Positions 36,109-47,418 of a stretch of DNA of 64,000 bases are shown piece after piece (the stretch's first letter is position 1; each line of letters opens with the position of its first letter). The stretch comes from Squalus acanthias. Its lineage: Eukaryota. The position numbers and the translations under genes are program-made. The stretch lies in the NCBI GenBank assembly GCA_030390025.1, contig CM059432.1:115880001-115944000 (forward strand). The letters are read 5' to 3'. The notes below the pieces were generated by a model. That model saw only the letters and a list, made by a program, of their open reading frames with translations. It was not told where the DNA came from and made no database searches.

Positions 36109-39100
36109 TGAACCAGAGGGGCACCAATATCCTGGGAGGGAAATTTGCTACGGCTCTTCGGGGGGGTTTAAACTAATTTGTCAGGGGGATGGGAAAAAGG
36201 GCTGTAGTCCACGAGCCAGTGGTGAGTGTAGGGAGGTACTGAGGAGGGTATCAAGGTCGCAGGAATGTACCGGCAGACAGGAAGATGGCTTGAAGTGTGT
36301 CTACTTCAATGCAAGGAGCATCCGGAATAAGGTAGGAGAACTTGGAGCGTGGATTGGTACTTGGGACTACGATGTGGTGGCCATTACGGAGACATGGTTA
36401 GAACAGGGACAGGAATGGTTGTTGGAAGTTCCGGGGTATAGATGTTTCAGTAAGAGTAGGGAAGTTGGTAAGAAAGGTGGAGGAGTAGCATTGTTAATCA
36501 AGGATAGTTTAACAGCGGCAGAAAGGCAGTTCGAGGGGGATCTGCCGTCTGAGGTAATATGGGCTGAAGTTAGAAATAGGAAAGGAGCGGTCACGTTGTT
36601 AGGAGTTTTCTACAGGCCCCCAAATAGTAATAGAGATGTGGAGGAAGAAATTGCAAAGCAGATTATGAATAGGTGTGGAGGTCACAGAGTAGTTGTCATG
36701 GGTGACTTCAACTTTCCAAATATTGATTGGAACCTTTATAGGTCAAACAGTTCGGATGGGATAGTTTTTGCACAGTGTGTGCAGGAGGGTTTCCTGACAC
36801 AATATGTGGATAGGCCGACAAGAGATGGGGCCACGTTGGATTTGGTACTGGGTAATGAACCGGGCCAAGTGTTTGATTTGTATGTGGGAGAGCACTTTGG
36901 AGATAGTGACCACAATTCGGTAACGTTCACTATTGCAATGGAGAGGGATAGGGCCATACGGCAGGGCAGGGTTTATAATTGGGGGAGGGGTAATTATGAT
37001 GCGATTAGGCAAGAATTAGGGAGTATAAGATGGGAACAGAAACTATCAGGGAAAGGCACAAACGAAAAGTGGAGCTTTTTCATGGAGCAATTACTGCGTG
37101 TCCTTGATAGGTATGTCCCTGTCAGGCAGGGAGGAAATGGCCGAGTGAGAGAACCATGGTTCACAAAAGAGGTTGAATGTCTAGTCAAGAGGAAAAAGGA
37201 AGCGTATGTAAGGATGAGAAAACAAGGTTCAGTTGGGTCAATTGAGGGGTACAAGGTAGCAAGGAATGAGCTAAAAAAAGAGCTTAGGAGAGCTAGGAGG
37301 GGGCATGAGAAGTCCTTGGCGGGTCGGATCAAGAAAAACCCCAAGGCTTTTTACTCTTATGTGAAAAATAAAAGAATGACCAGGGTGAGGGTAGGGCCGG
37401 TCAAGGACAGTAGTGGGAACTTGTGCATGGAGTCAGAAGAGATAGGAGAGGTGATGAATGAATACTTTTCGTCAGTGTTCACCGAGGAGAGGGGCCATGT
37501 TCTTGAGGATGAGAGTGTGATAAAGGTGGATAGGCTGGAGGTGGTAGATGTTCTGAGGGAAGATGTTTTAGCAATTTTGAAGAACCTGAGGGTCGATAAG
37601 TCCCCTGGGCCAGATGGGATATATCCTAGGATTCTTTGGGAGGCAAGGGAGGAGATTGCAGAGCCTCTGGCTTTGATCTTTGGGTCCTCACTGTCCACGG
37701 GGATGGTGCCAGAGGACTGGAGAGTGGTGAATGTTGTTCCTCTCTTCAAGAAAGGAAATAGGAATGACCCTGGTAATTATAGGCCGGTTAGTCTTACTTT
37801 GGTGGTTGGTAAGATAATGGAAAAGGTCCTGAGGGATAGGATTTATGACCATTTGGAAAGGGGCAACTTAATCAGGGATAGTCAACACGGATTCGTGAAG
37901 GGTAAGTCTTGCCTAACAAATTTGATTGAATTCTTTGAGGAGGTAACTAAGTGTGTAGATGAAGGTAGAGCAGTTGATGTCGTATACATGGATTTTAGTA
38001 AGGCGTTTGATAAGGTTCCCCATGGTCGTCTCATGAAGAAAGTAAGGAGTTGTGGGATAGAAGGAAATTTGGCCGATTGGATAAGTAACTGGCTATCTCA
38101 TAGAAGGCAGAGGGTGGTGGTGGATGGAACATTTTCGGACTGGAGACCAGTTACCAGCGGTGTGCCACAGGGGTCGGTGCTGGGTCCTCTGCTGTTTGTG
38201 ATTTTTATCAATGACTTGGAGGAGGGGACTGAAGGGTGGATCAGTAAATTTGCTGATGACACCAAGATTGGTGGAGTAGTGGATGAGGTGGAGGGCAGTT
38301 GTAGGCTGCAAAGAGACATTGATAGGATGCAGAGCTGGGCTGAAAAATGGCAGATGGAATTTAACCCTGATAAGTGCGAGGTGATTCATTTTGGTAGGGC
38401 AAATTTGAATAAGGATTACAGGGTCAACGGCAGGGTGCTGAGGAACGTGGAGGAGCAGAGAGATCTGGGGGTTCATATCCACAGATCTCTGAAGGTTGCC
38501 ACTCAAGTGGATAGAGCAGTAAAGAAGGCCTATGGTGTGTTGGCGTTTATTAACAGAGGGTTTGAGTTTAAGAACCGTGAGGTTATGCTGCAACTGTACA
38601 GGACCTTGGTGAGACCACATTTGGAATATTGTGTGCAGTTCTGGTCACCTCACTATAGGAAGGATATGGAAGCATTGGAAAGAGTGCAAAGGAGATTTAC
38701 CACGATGCTGCCTGGTTTGGGGGGGAGGTCTTATGAGGAAAGATTGAGGGAGTTGGGGCTTTTCTCTTTAGAGCGGAGGAGGATGAGAGGCGACTTAATA
38801 GAGGTTTATAAGATGATGAGGGGGATAGATAGAGTGGATGTTCAGAGACTATTTCCTCGGGTAGAGGCAGCTGTTACAAGGGGGCATAACTATAAGGTGC
38901 ATGGGGGGAGATATAGAAGGGATGTCCGAGGTAGATTCTTTACTCAGAGAGTGGTTGGGGTGTGGAATGGACTGCCTGCTGTGATAGTGGAGTCGGACAC
39001 TTTAGGAACTTTCAAGCGGTTATTGGATAAGCACATGGAGCACACCAGAGTGATAGGGAGTGTGATAGCTTGATCTTGGTCTCGGACAATGCTCGGCACA

Positions 39101-39155
39101 ACATCGAGGGCCGAAGGGCCTGTACTGTGCTGTACTGTTCTATGTTCTATGTTCT
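36109..39155 (+). mobile_element. Young CR1 (different family), truncated at the end of ORF1, inserted antisense in another CR1
   Basis: ATACC TSD (36104-36108 / 39156-39160); (TTCTATG)n tail; ORF1 end LNQRGTNILGGKFA...LN*. Confidence 0.93.
36167..39073 (+). CDS. CR1 ORF2: AP endonuclease plus reverse transcriptase, uninterrupted
   Basis: [54 protein letters not shown]. Start set at the slippery site; no native ATG before EN. Confidence 0.88.
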   Translation, partial: FKLICQGDGKKGCSPRASGECREVLRRVSRSQECTGRQEDGLKCVYFNARSIRNKVGELGAWIGTWDYDVVAITETWLEQGQEWLLEVPGYRCFSKSREVGKKGGGVALLIKDSLTAAERQFEGDLPSEVIWAEVRNRKGAVTLLGVFYRPPNSNRDVEEEIAKQIMNRCGGHRVVVMGDFNFPNIDWNLYRSNSSDGIVFAQCVQEGFLTQYVDRPTRDGATLDLVLGNEPGQVFDLYVGEHFGDSDHNSVTFTIAMERDRAIRQGRVYNWGRGNYDAIRQELGSIRWEQKLSGKGTNEKWSFFMEQLLRVLDRYVPVRQGGNGRVREPWFTKEVECLVKRKKEAYVRMRKQGSVGSIEGYKVARNELKKELRRARRGHEKSLAGRIKKNPKAFYSYVKNKRMTRVRVGPVKDSSGNLCMESEEIGEVMNEYFSSVFTEERGHVLEDESVIKVDRLEVVDVLREDVLAILKNLRVDKSPGPDGIYPRILWEAREEIAEPLALIFGSSLSTGMVPEDWRVVNVVPLFKKGNRNDPGNYRPVSLTLVVGKIMEKVLRDRIYDHLERGNLIRDSQHGFVKGKSCLTNLIEFFEEVTKCVDEGRAVDVVYMDFSKAFDKVPHGRLMKKVRSCGIEGNLADWISNWLSHRRQRVVVDGTFSDWRPVTSGVPQGSVLGPLLFVIFINDLEEGTEGWISKFADDTKIGGVVDEVEGSCRLQRDIDRMQSWAEKWQMEFNPDKCEVIHFGRANLNKDYRVNGRVLRNVEEQRDLGVHIHRSLKVATQVDRAVKKAYGVLAFINRGFEFKNREVMLQLYRTLVRPHLEYCVQFWSPHYRKDMEALERVQRRFTTMLPGLGGRSYEERLRELGLFSLERRRMRGDLIEVYKMMRGIDRVDVQRLFPRVEAAVTRGHNYKVHGGRYRRDVRGRFFTQRVVGVWNGLPAVIVESDTLGTFKRLLDKHMEHTRVIGSVIA

Positions 39156-40382
39156 ATACCATTTGCCTTCTTCACCGCCTGCTGCACCTGCATGCTTACC
39201 TTCAGCGACTGGTGCACAAGGACACCCAGCTCTCGTTGCACTTCCCCTTCTCCCAATCTATTGCCATTCAGATAATAGTCTGCCTTTCTGTTTTTGACAC
39301 CAAAGTGGATAACCTCGCATTTATCCACGTTATATTGCATCTGCCACGCTTCTGCCCACTCACCCAACCTGTCCAAATCATCCTGGAGTTTCTCAGTATC
39401 CTCCTCGCAGCACACACGCCCACCCAGCTTTGTGTCGTCTACAAACTTGGAGATATTACATTTAGTTCCCTTATCTAGATCATTAATGTATATTGTGAAT
39501 AGCTGGGGTCCAAGGACCGATCCCTGCGGTACCCCACTAGTCACTGCCTGCCACTCGGAAAAAGACCCATTAATTCCTGCTCTCTGCTTTCTGTCCACCA
39601 ACCAGTTCTCTATCCAAGTCAATACCTTGCCCCCCATCCTATGTGCTTTAACTTTGCACACTAATCTCTTATGCGGGACCTTATCGAAAGCCTTTTGAAA
39701 GTCCAAATACACCACATCTACTGGTTCTCCCTTATCTATTTTCCCAGTTACATCCTCAAAAAATTCCAGTAGATTAGTCAAGCACGATTTACCTTTTGTA
39801 AATCCATGTTGACTTTGTCCGATCCTGTCACTGTTTTTCATACTATGGACCGTGAAATTGGGAGGTTTAGCGCTGGCCATCAAGGCCGGTTTTGCTGAAA
39901 AAATGGCGGCAGCCTCGCTTCCGCCTGCGGAATGAGGCGGCCACCATTTTGGGGAGGGCGGCCAATCATGATGTCAATCGGTGTTCATTTGAAAGTCAAC
40001 GCTGTCGATACCGCCCTCTCCAAAACACGCAGGGAAGAACGTGTGTGCAGCAGTACTACAGAGACCCTGCCAGTGCTTCTTAAAGGGACACACACCTCTT
40101 TCAGGTAAGTTTAGATTTTTGCTTTTGTACTGATTTCTTTACATTTTATTGGAGTAGTGGCTTGGTGCAATACATTAAAAAAGTTGTTAAAGTATGAAGG
40201 GAGTGCAGGGAGTGCTGCTCGATGTTTGCAAGGTTTTGGTTGTTAAAGGAAGGTCTCTGAGAACACCACTTGCTCCCAGTCCTGGGGGCTCTAGTTGCAG
40301 TCCCCCTTGGGCTGCAACACCACACGGAGATGGAGCAGAGGCAGCAAAGGCGACAGGCTGCTCACAGAGGCATGAGGAAGCA

Positions 40383-40776
40383 GAAGATTAAGGGGTGATC
40401 TGATTGAAGTTTTCAAGATGTTAAGGGGAACAGATAGGGTAGATAGAGAGAAACTATTTCTGCTGGTTGGGGATTCTAGGACTAGGGGGCATAGTCTAAA
40501 AATTAGAGCCAGACCATGCAGGAGTGAAATTAGGAAACATTTCTACACACAAAGGGTGGTGGAGGTTTGGAACTCTCTTCCACAAACGGCAATTGATGCT
40601 AGATCAATTGTTAATTTTAAATCTAAGATTGATAGCTTTTTGTTTACCAAAGGTATTAAGTGATATGGGGCAAAGGCGGGTATATAGAGTTCGATCGTAG
40701 ATCAGCCATGATCTCATTGAATGGCGGAACAGGCTCGAGGGGCTCAATGGCCTACTTCTGTTCCTATGTCCCTATG
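40383..40776 (+). mobile_element. CR1 3' fragment
   Basis: Same family and tail as 22986-23553. Confidence 0.85.
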
Positions 40777-40779
40777 TTG

Positions 40780-42620
40780 CTAGCGGGATATGGTGTGGGA
40801 TAGGATATGGGCAGCAAAGTTTTGGATGAGTTGAAGTTTATGAAGAGTGGAGGATGGGAGGCTGGCCAGGAGAACACTGGAGGTGACAAATGCATGGATG
40901 AGGGTTTTCAGCAACAGATGGTAAGGAAAGAGGCAGGCGATGTTACAGAGGTCGAAGTGGTCGTTCTTTTTGATGAAGAAGATATGGCATTGGAAGCTCA
41001 GCTCAGGGATGAATAGGGCACCAAGATTACGAACAGTCTGCATCAGCATGAGACAGTAGCCAGGGAGAAGGATGGAATCGGTGGCAAGAGTATGGAGTTT
41101 GTGCGTGGGTTGAAGGCAATGGTGTTAGTCTTTTCAATGGAGGAAATTGCAGCTCATCTAAAACTGGATGCCGGACAAGCAGTCTGACAAAACAATGGCA
41201 ATGGAGAAGTAGAGGACCTTTGTAGTGGACAAAGGTCCTCTATCAACCTGCCCCCGCCACACAGTTCTGCCCCCCGATTATCAAAATCCACGACAAGGCC
41301 TTGGACAATGTGGACCACTTTCCATACCTCGGGAGCCTACTGTCAACAAGGGCAGACGTCGATGACGAAGTCCAACGCCGCCTTCAGTGTGCCAGTGCAG
41401 CCTTCGGTCGCCTGAGGAAGAGAGTGTTTGAAGACGAGGACCTCAAACCCGGCACCAAGCTCATGGTCTACAGAGCAGTAGTAATACCCGCCCTCCTGCA
41501 TACCTCAGAGACATGGACCATGTACAGCAGGCACCTCAAAGCACTGGAGAGGTACCACCAATGCTGCCTCCGCAAGATCCTGCAAATCCATTGGCAGGAT
41601 AGGCGCACCAACGTCAGTGTTCTCGCTCAGGCCAACATCCCCAGCATCGAAGCTTTGACCACGCTCGATCAGCTCCGATGGACGGGTCACATCGTCCGCA
41701 TGCCCGATACGAGACTCCCAAAACAAGCGCTCTACTCGGAGCTCTGACACGGCAAGAAAGCCCCAGGTGGGCAGAAGAAACACTTCAAGGACACCCTCAA
41801 AGCCTCCTTGAAAAAGTGCAACATCCCCACCGACACCTGGGAATCCCTGGCCCAAGACCGCACAAAGTGGAGGAGAAGCATCCGGGAAGGCACCGAATAC
41901 CTCGAGTCTCTTCGCCGGGAGCAAGCGGAAGCCAAGCGCAAACAGTGCACGTCAACCCAAGCACCCCACCCACCTGCCCCTTCAACCACCGTCTGACCCA
42001 CCTGTGACAGAGACTGTAGGTCCCGCATTGGACTCATCAGTCACCTGAGAACTAATTTTTAATGTGGAAGCAAGTCATCCTCGGTTCCAAGGGACTGCCT
42101 AAGAAGAGAAGAAGAAGAATGGAGAAGTCAAGAGGTGGTGGAGAGGCACAGCTGGGTGTCATCAGTGTATGTGAAAGTTGACCACTTGTATGGTAGATCC
42201 TTGGGGTACTCCAGAAGTAACGGTCCGGGATGGGAAGGGAAAGCATGCTGGAGATGCTGTCTATGATCCTATAGGTAAGAGTGGAACCAAGGAAGGGCAA
42301 TTCCACTAAGGTGGACAACAGAGAGTTATTGGAGGAGGATAGTGTGGTCAACTAGTTCAAAGGCTGCAGAGAGGCCAAATAGGTCGAGGAAGGAGAATGC
42401 ACTGTGGTTACAATCACAGAGGATGTTATTTCTGACTGTGGTTAAGGACGTATCGTTGCTGTGACAGGGGCAGAAACCTGATTAGAGAGGTTCAAACATG
42501 GAGTTGCAGGAAAGATGGGCACGGATTTGGAAGGTGACAACACGTTCAAGGACTTTGGAGAGGAAAGGAAGATTGGAGATGGGGTGGTAGGTTTCAAGGA
42601 TAGAGGATTCAAGAGTGTTT
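40780..42620 (-). mobile_element. Decayed L2 LINE split by an RTE insertion
   Basis: VRNLGALF..ELSF, TLIHAFVTS, KLQLIQNFAA remnants. Confidence 0.7.
41231..42118 (+). mobile_element. RTE-clade LINE 3' part
   Basis: NVDHFPYLGS, KLMVYRAVVIPALL..SETWT, QLRWTGHIVRM...RLPK; (AAG)n tail. Confidence 0.88.
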
Positions 42621-45132
42621 TTTTTAAGAATGGTAACAGCCATTTAAAATAAACAAGCTGATGTCTGTATTACAACAATGGAAAAACAAATGTCATTGAA
42701 TGTGTTAAGTGTTGGCCCACTAATTTCACCAACAGTAATTTCTAGGCTTAGATTTGAAACTCAATTTTCAATTGAAACTTTTGAAATGCAGATGCAAGTG
42801 TCTACTGGGCAGTAACATTTTGAGATCCATATCAAGTTAATGTAGACTTGTGTTTTATGCCAGTGAATGATATATGTTTATGATATATTCACCTATCTTT
42901 GACTATTTCTCAAGTACCTCCATAAGTATGCTGTCAGTGTTAAACCTAGGCGATCCTCATCGTCTCTTGATAAGTCACCATACAGAGAAACAAATATCCT
43001 TGTCATAAAACGTAGCATTTTATGATGAAGTAAAATTTCATCATAAATTGTGGGAGATGAAGAAACCATCTAATGCTGGGGATATGTGTGGTGAATGGGC
43101 ACAGCAATGTTCTGCTTTTTAGATAGATGAGTCACATGAATTCCAATCAGTTTCGTTGACATGGCAACAATCTTCAATAAACTACAACTAGTACAGAATA
43201 AGGAAAAGGTGTGAGAACTCAGAGTTCATAGCCACTTCATTTTTATTTACAAATGAAAATTAATTGATTTTATACTTTCAAGTAGCCAAAATTGCATATG
43301 TGGCCCTAAAATTATTCACGATCTTTCAATACAATATAGAATTCATAATTGTCAGCCAATGGACTGTGGTGCAATTAGGCATATTGTAGATAATTCACCT
43401 GGGGAAATATTATTATGTCAAATATAACACAGAAAAATAACTTTCAAGTCAATAAGATAAAAATCAGGTTAAATATGTCAATAAAGCATTCCCACTTCAG
43501 GAATAAAGACAAGACCAGTTAAACTACCAAATATCTACAATTATCAATCTGGATCAACCAGATAAATCCGGACTTTAAAGGACTGTGAAATCAACCTCAA
43601 AAGCCCAAGGTGTTACCAGGAACAATGGCACTGGGCTGCAAATCTGCATCTGCTGTTTCCTTTTCAATATTTTCATTGATTCAACTGCACAATCCCGGCA
43701 CAGAAGGTTCTAGTTGAGAATTGTGCTATCCAAATTCTTGAGGAAACAGCTATAGAAAAGAAGTTCACACCATTTTGGACATTGCCAATCAGCTGTTTTG
43801 CTTTCAAAATGGAAATTCTACTTTCTACCTGATGACACAGTTCTTTTAATAATAGTTCACGTTCATAAAATTAATCAGTTAAGCTTGAAGCATCCTTTTG
43901 TCTGGCAAGCAAATGTTTGATAAATCTCTTCAAATAAAACTTTTAACTGTTTTAGTCACATAAACACAGCTTGTTGGCTTATTTAGACTTCCTCTGCAGC
44001 ACGTATACGCACGATTGACACCAAGTGCGTGCAGCTTCATACAGAAAAAAAACACAAGACATTTTACTTAGCTTTTAGATCCCAAATATAAAGGAGGAAA
44101 TATAAGCAATACAGAAATATTTCAAAAAGTCCTCTGAATTAAATGCAATCACTGCAGTAGAGTACCATTAACTGAGCGACAGAAACTATATACAAAAAAT
44201 GTCACTGAAGAAACCATCCATCACTGAACAGATATCTCTACTTGGATAAAACTTGTTAGACCGCCCCCCCCCTCCGTCCAGCATTGTGCGTGTGAATAAA
44301 GCAGGAGTCCGTATCAGATGTCATTCTTTCCATCTAGCCACAGAAACATCTAGCAGTAGCGTTTCCATTTTGGGCGCAATCGGCAATCTGGGAGCATATC
44401 GTGTTCAAAATATCGCCAGTATTCCGAATTGATTTATGGTTCAAGGTTCGGCTCAAACTCATTTGCATAATCACACACACAAAATCTTCAATGAAACAGT
44501 GCAATCGGGCAGCATTTTAGAACGCAATTGTTCTTTTTCCTGCATTAAAAAAAATTCCTTGATATATTTAAGAGTGGTAACCTGGCACAGTTTTATTAAT
44601 GCAACAGAAAATGGGTTTATCACAAAAAATAAGCTTTTTTAATCAGAGGGGGAAACATTCCGTACCTTAGCGCCTCCTGTTAGCGCTAGCAGATGGTGCT
44701 AACGGGGCGCTAGAGTATTATCACTGGGGTGAGGCGAATCCAATGTCGCACACCAAATCCCGCCCCCCCCCCACCCGCAGCGCCGGCGCTAACAGTTATC
44801 ACTGGGAGCCTCAACGTCAGGTGGATCGTGACGTCAGTGAGTGTGCAACGCTCACTGAGCACCCGATCTGCGAAATTGATTGTCACCATCTACCTTAGCA
44901 CCTGGAGTGAACAGCATCAGTGAAGCAACAGAAAGACGGCTCCAGGGATGTTATTTAAAGGGATCATCAGTAATGAGTCACAGCTGTAGGTTAGTGGAGT
45001 TTCAGTGCTTTCTTATCAGTTTCACATAGTCCAACAGTCTCATTCCATCATTTCAAGGTTATTTAGTATCAGGAGCATTGTGGCAACTAAAATGTAGCTA
45101 CATTTGTTCTTAAAAAAATCAAACTGCTACAC

Positions 45133-47418
45133 TTGGTTACATTAAAGGAGGCTGTACCGACAGTCTCTGTCGCCCTCCAGGTTCTACGGCGGAGGGAGCG
45201 GAGGCAGCGAGAAAGACTGGAACATGTGCCCAGAGCAAGAAGGAGGGCCATCAGGGCTCTCAACAGGAGGCCTTACCCTCCGAGGGTATTCCCAAAGCAC
45301 TTCTCCTACCTCCAATTAAGCAAGGAGCAGTGCATTAGGAGGCTCCGCTTCACCAAGGAGGTGGTCACAGAACTCTGCCACCTCCTGCAACCAGACCTCC
45401 ACATAAAAGGTTACTGCATAAGATAAGAGCTCACAGAGTTGGGGGTAATATATTAGCATGGATAGAGAATTGGCTAACTAACAGAAAGCAGAGAGTCGGG
45501 ATAAATGGGTCATTTTCCGGTTGGCAAACGGTAACTAGTGGGGTGCCACAGGGATCGGTGCTGGGGCCTCAACTATTTACAATCTACATTAATGACTTGG
45601 ATGAAGGGACCGAAGGTAATGTAGCCAAGTTTGCGGATGATACAAAGATGGCTGGGAAAGCAAGTTGTGCAGAGGACTCAATAAATCTGCAAAGGGATAT
45701 AGACAGGCTAGGTGAGTGGGCAAACATTTGGCGGATGGAGTATAATGTGGGAAAGTGCGAGGTTATCCATTTTGGCAGGAAAAATAAAAAAGCAAATTAT
45801 TATTTAAATGGAGATTACAAAATGCTGCAGTTCAGAGGAACCTGGGGGTCCTTGTGCATGAAACACAAAAAGTTAGCATGCAGGTACAGCAAGTAATCAA
45901 AAAGGCAAATGGAATGTTGGCCTTTATTTCAAGGGGGTTGGAGTATAAAAGCAGGGAAGTCCTGCTACAACTGTTCAGGGTATTGGTGAGACCACACCTT
46001 GAGTACTGCGTACAGTTTTGGTCTCCTTATTTAAGGAAGGATATACTTGCATTGGAGGCAGTTCAGAGACGATTCACTAGGCTAATTCCAGAGATGAGGG
46101 GGTTGACTTATGAAGAAAGGTTGAGCAGGTTGGGCCTATAATCATTGGAATTTAGAAGAATGAGAGGTGATCTTATTGAAACATATAAGATACTGAGGGG
46201 GCTTGACAAGGTAGATGCAGAGAGGATGTTTCCCCTCGTGGGGAAATCTCGAACTCGGGGGCATAGTTTCAGAATAAAGGGTCGCCCTTTTAGATCTGAG
46301 ATGAGGAGGAATTTCTTCTCTCAGAGGGTCGTAAATCTGTGGAATTCTCTGCCCCAGAGAGCCGTGGAGGCTGGGTCATTAAATACATTTAAGGTGGAGA
46401 TAGACAGATTTTTGCAAGATAAGGGAGTGAAGGGTTATGGGGAGCGGGCAGGGAAGTGGCTTTGAGCCCAAGATCAGCCATGATCTTATTGAATGGCGGA
46501 GCAGGCTCGAGGGGCCAAGTGGTCTATTCCTGCTCCTATTTCTTATGTTCTTATGTTCCAGCCTCAGATCAGGGCAACCACGCTTCTCTCAGTGGCAGTC
46601 AAGGTCACCGTCGCCCTCAATTTCTTCACCAGCAGATCCTTCCAGTCTGCAACAGGAGACATAGCTAACATCTCACAGTTCGCTGTCCATCGCTGCATCC
46701 GGGAGGTCACAGAGGCTCTCTACAGGAGGAGAAGCAAGTACATTTCCTTCCCCATCACCAGAGAGAAGCAGGATGAACGCGCATGTGGCTTTGCCAGGAG
46801 AGTCGGCTTCCCCATGGTGCAGGGCGCCATTGACTGCACCCATGAGGCTTTGTGGGCACCGCATAACAATCCTGAAATCTTCCATAACTGCAAAGACTAC
46901 CACTCACTTAATGTGCAGTTGGTGTGCGACCACAGACAGCGAATCCTCAATGTCAATGCCCGCTATCCTGCCTTCATCCTGGGCCAGACCGGTGTGCCAG
47001 CACTCTTCCAGCCACCACATCAAGCTTGCGGCTGGCTGGTCGGAGACAAGGGCGATCCGCTCTCCACCTGGCTCATAACTCCCCTCCGCAACCCCAGCAC
47101 TCCTGCCCAGCACTCATATAATGAGAGCCATGCTGCCACCAGGAATATCATCGAGCTGACCATTGGCCTGCTGATGCAACAGTTCCACTGCCTTGACCGC
47201 TTGGGAGGAGCCCTCCAGTACTCGGCTGAGTGGGTGTCCCATTTCATGGTGATCTGCTGCATGCTCCACAACTTGGCCATCATGAAGGCCCAGCCATTGC
47301 CACCAGGGATTGCGGGACCACCTCAGGAGGAGGAAGATGGAGAGGAGGAGGAGGAGGAACAGGAGCGAGCGAGCCACTCAATCAGCCTTCTGGAAGGGCG
47401 GTCCATGACTGCCTCATC
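45133..47418 (+). pseudogene. Harbinger transposase interrupted by CR1
   Basis: ...ELCHLLQPDL|CR1|QPQIRAT...GAIDCTH...GDKG...CCMLHN; the GSCHD motif is deleted. Confidence 0.88.
45402..46556 (+). mobile_element. 5'-truncated CR1 inside the transposase gene
   Basis: RT motifs, (TTCTTATG)n tail, TCCA on both flanks. Confidence 0.9.

Larger units (their letters stand above)
35135..39840 (-). mobile_element. 5'-truncated CR1 (family of 5002-6592) split by two insertions
   Basis: Pieces 35135-35284, 35593-36108 and 39156-39840 rejoin to the same RT sequence. Confidence 0.9.
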
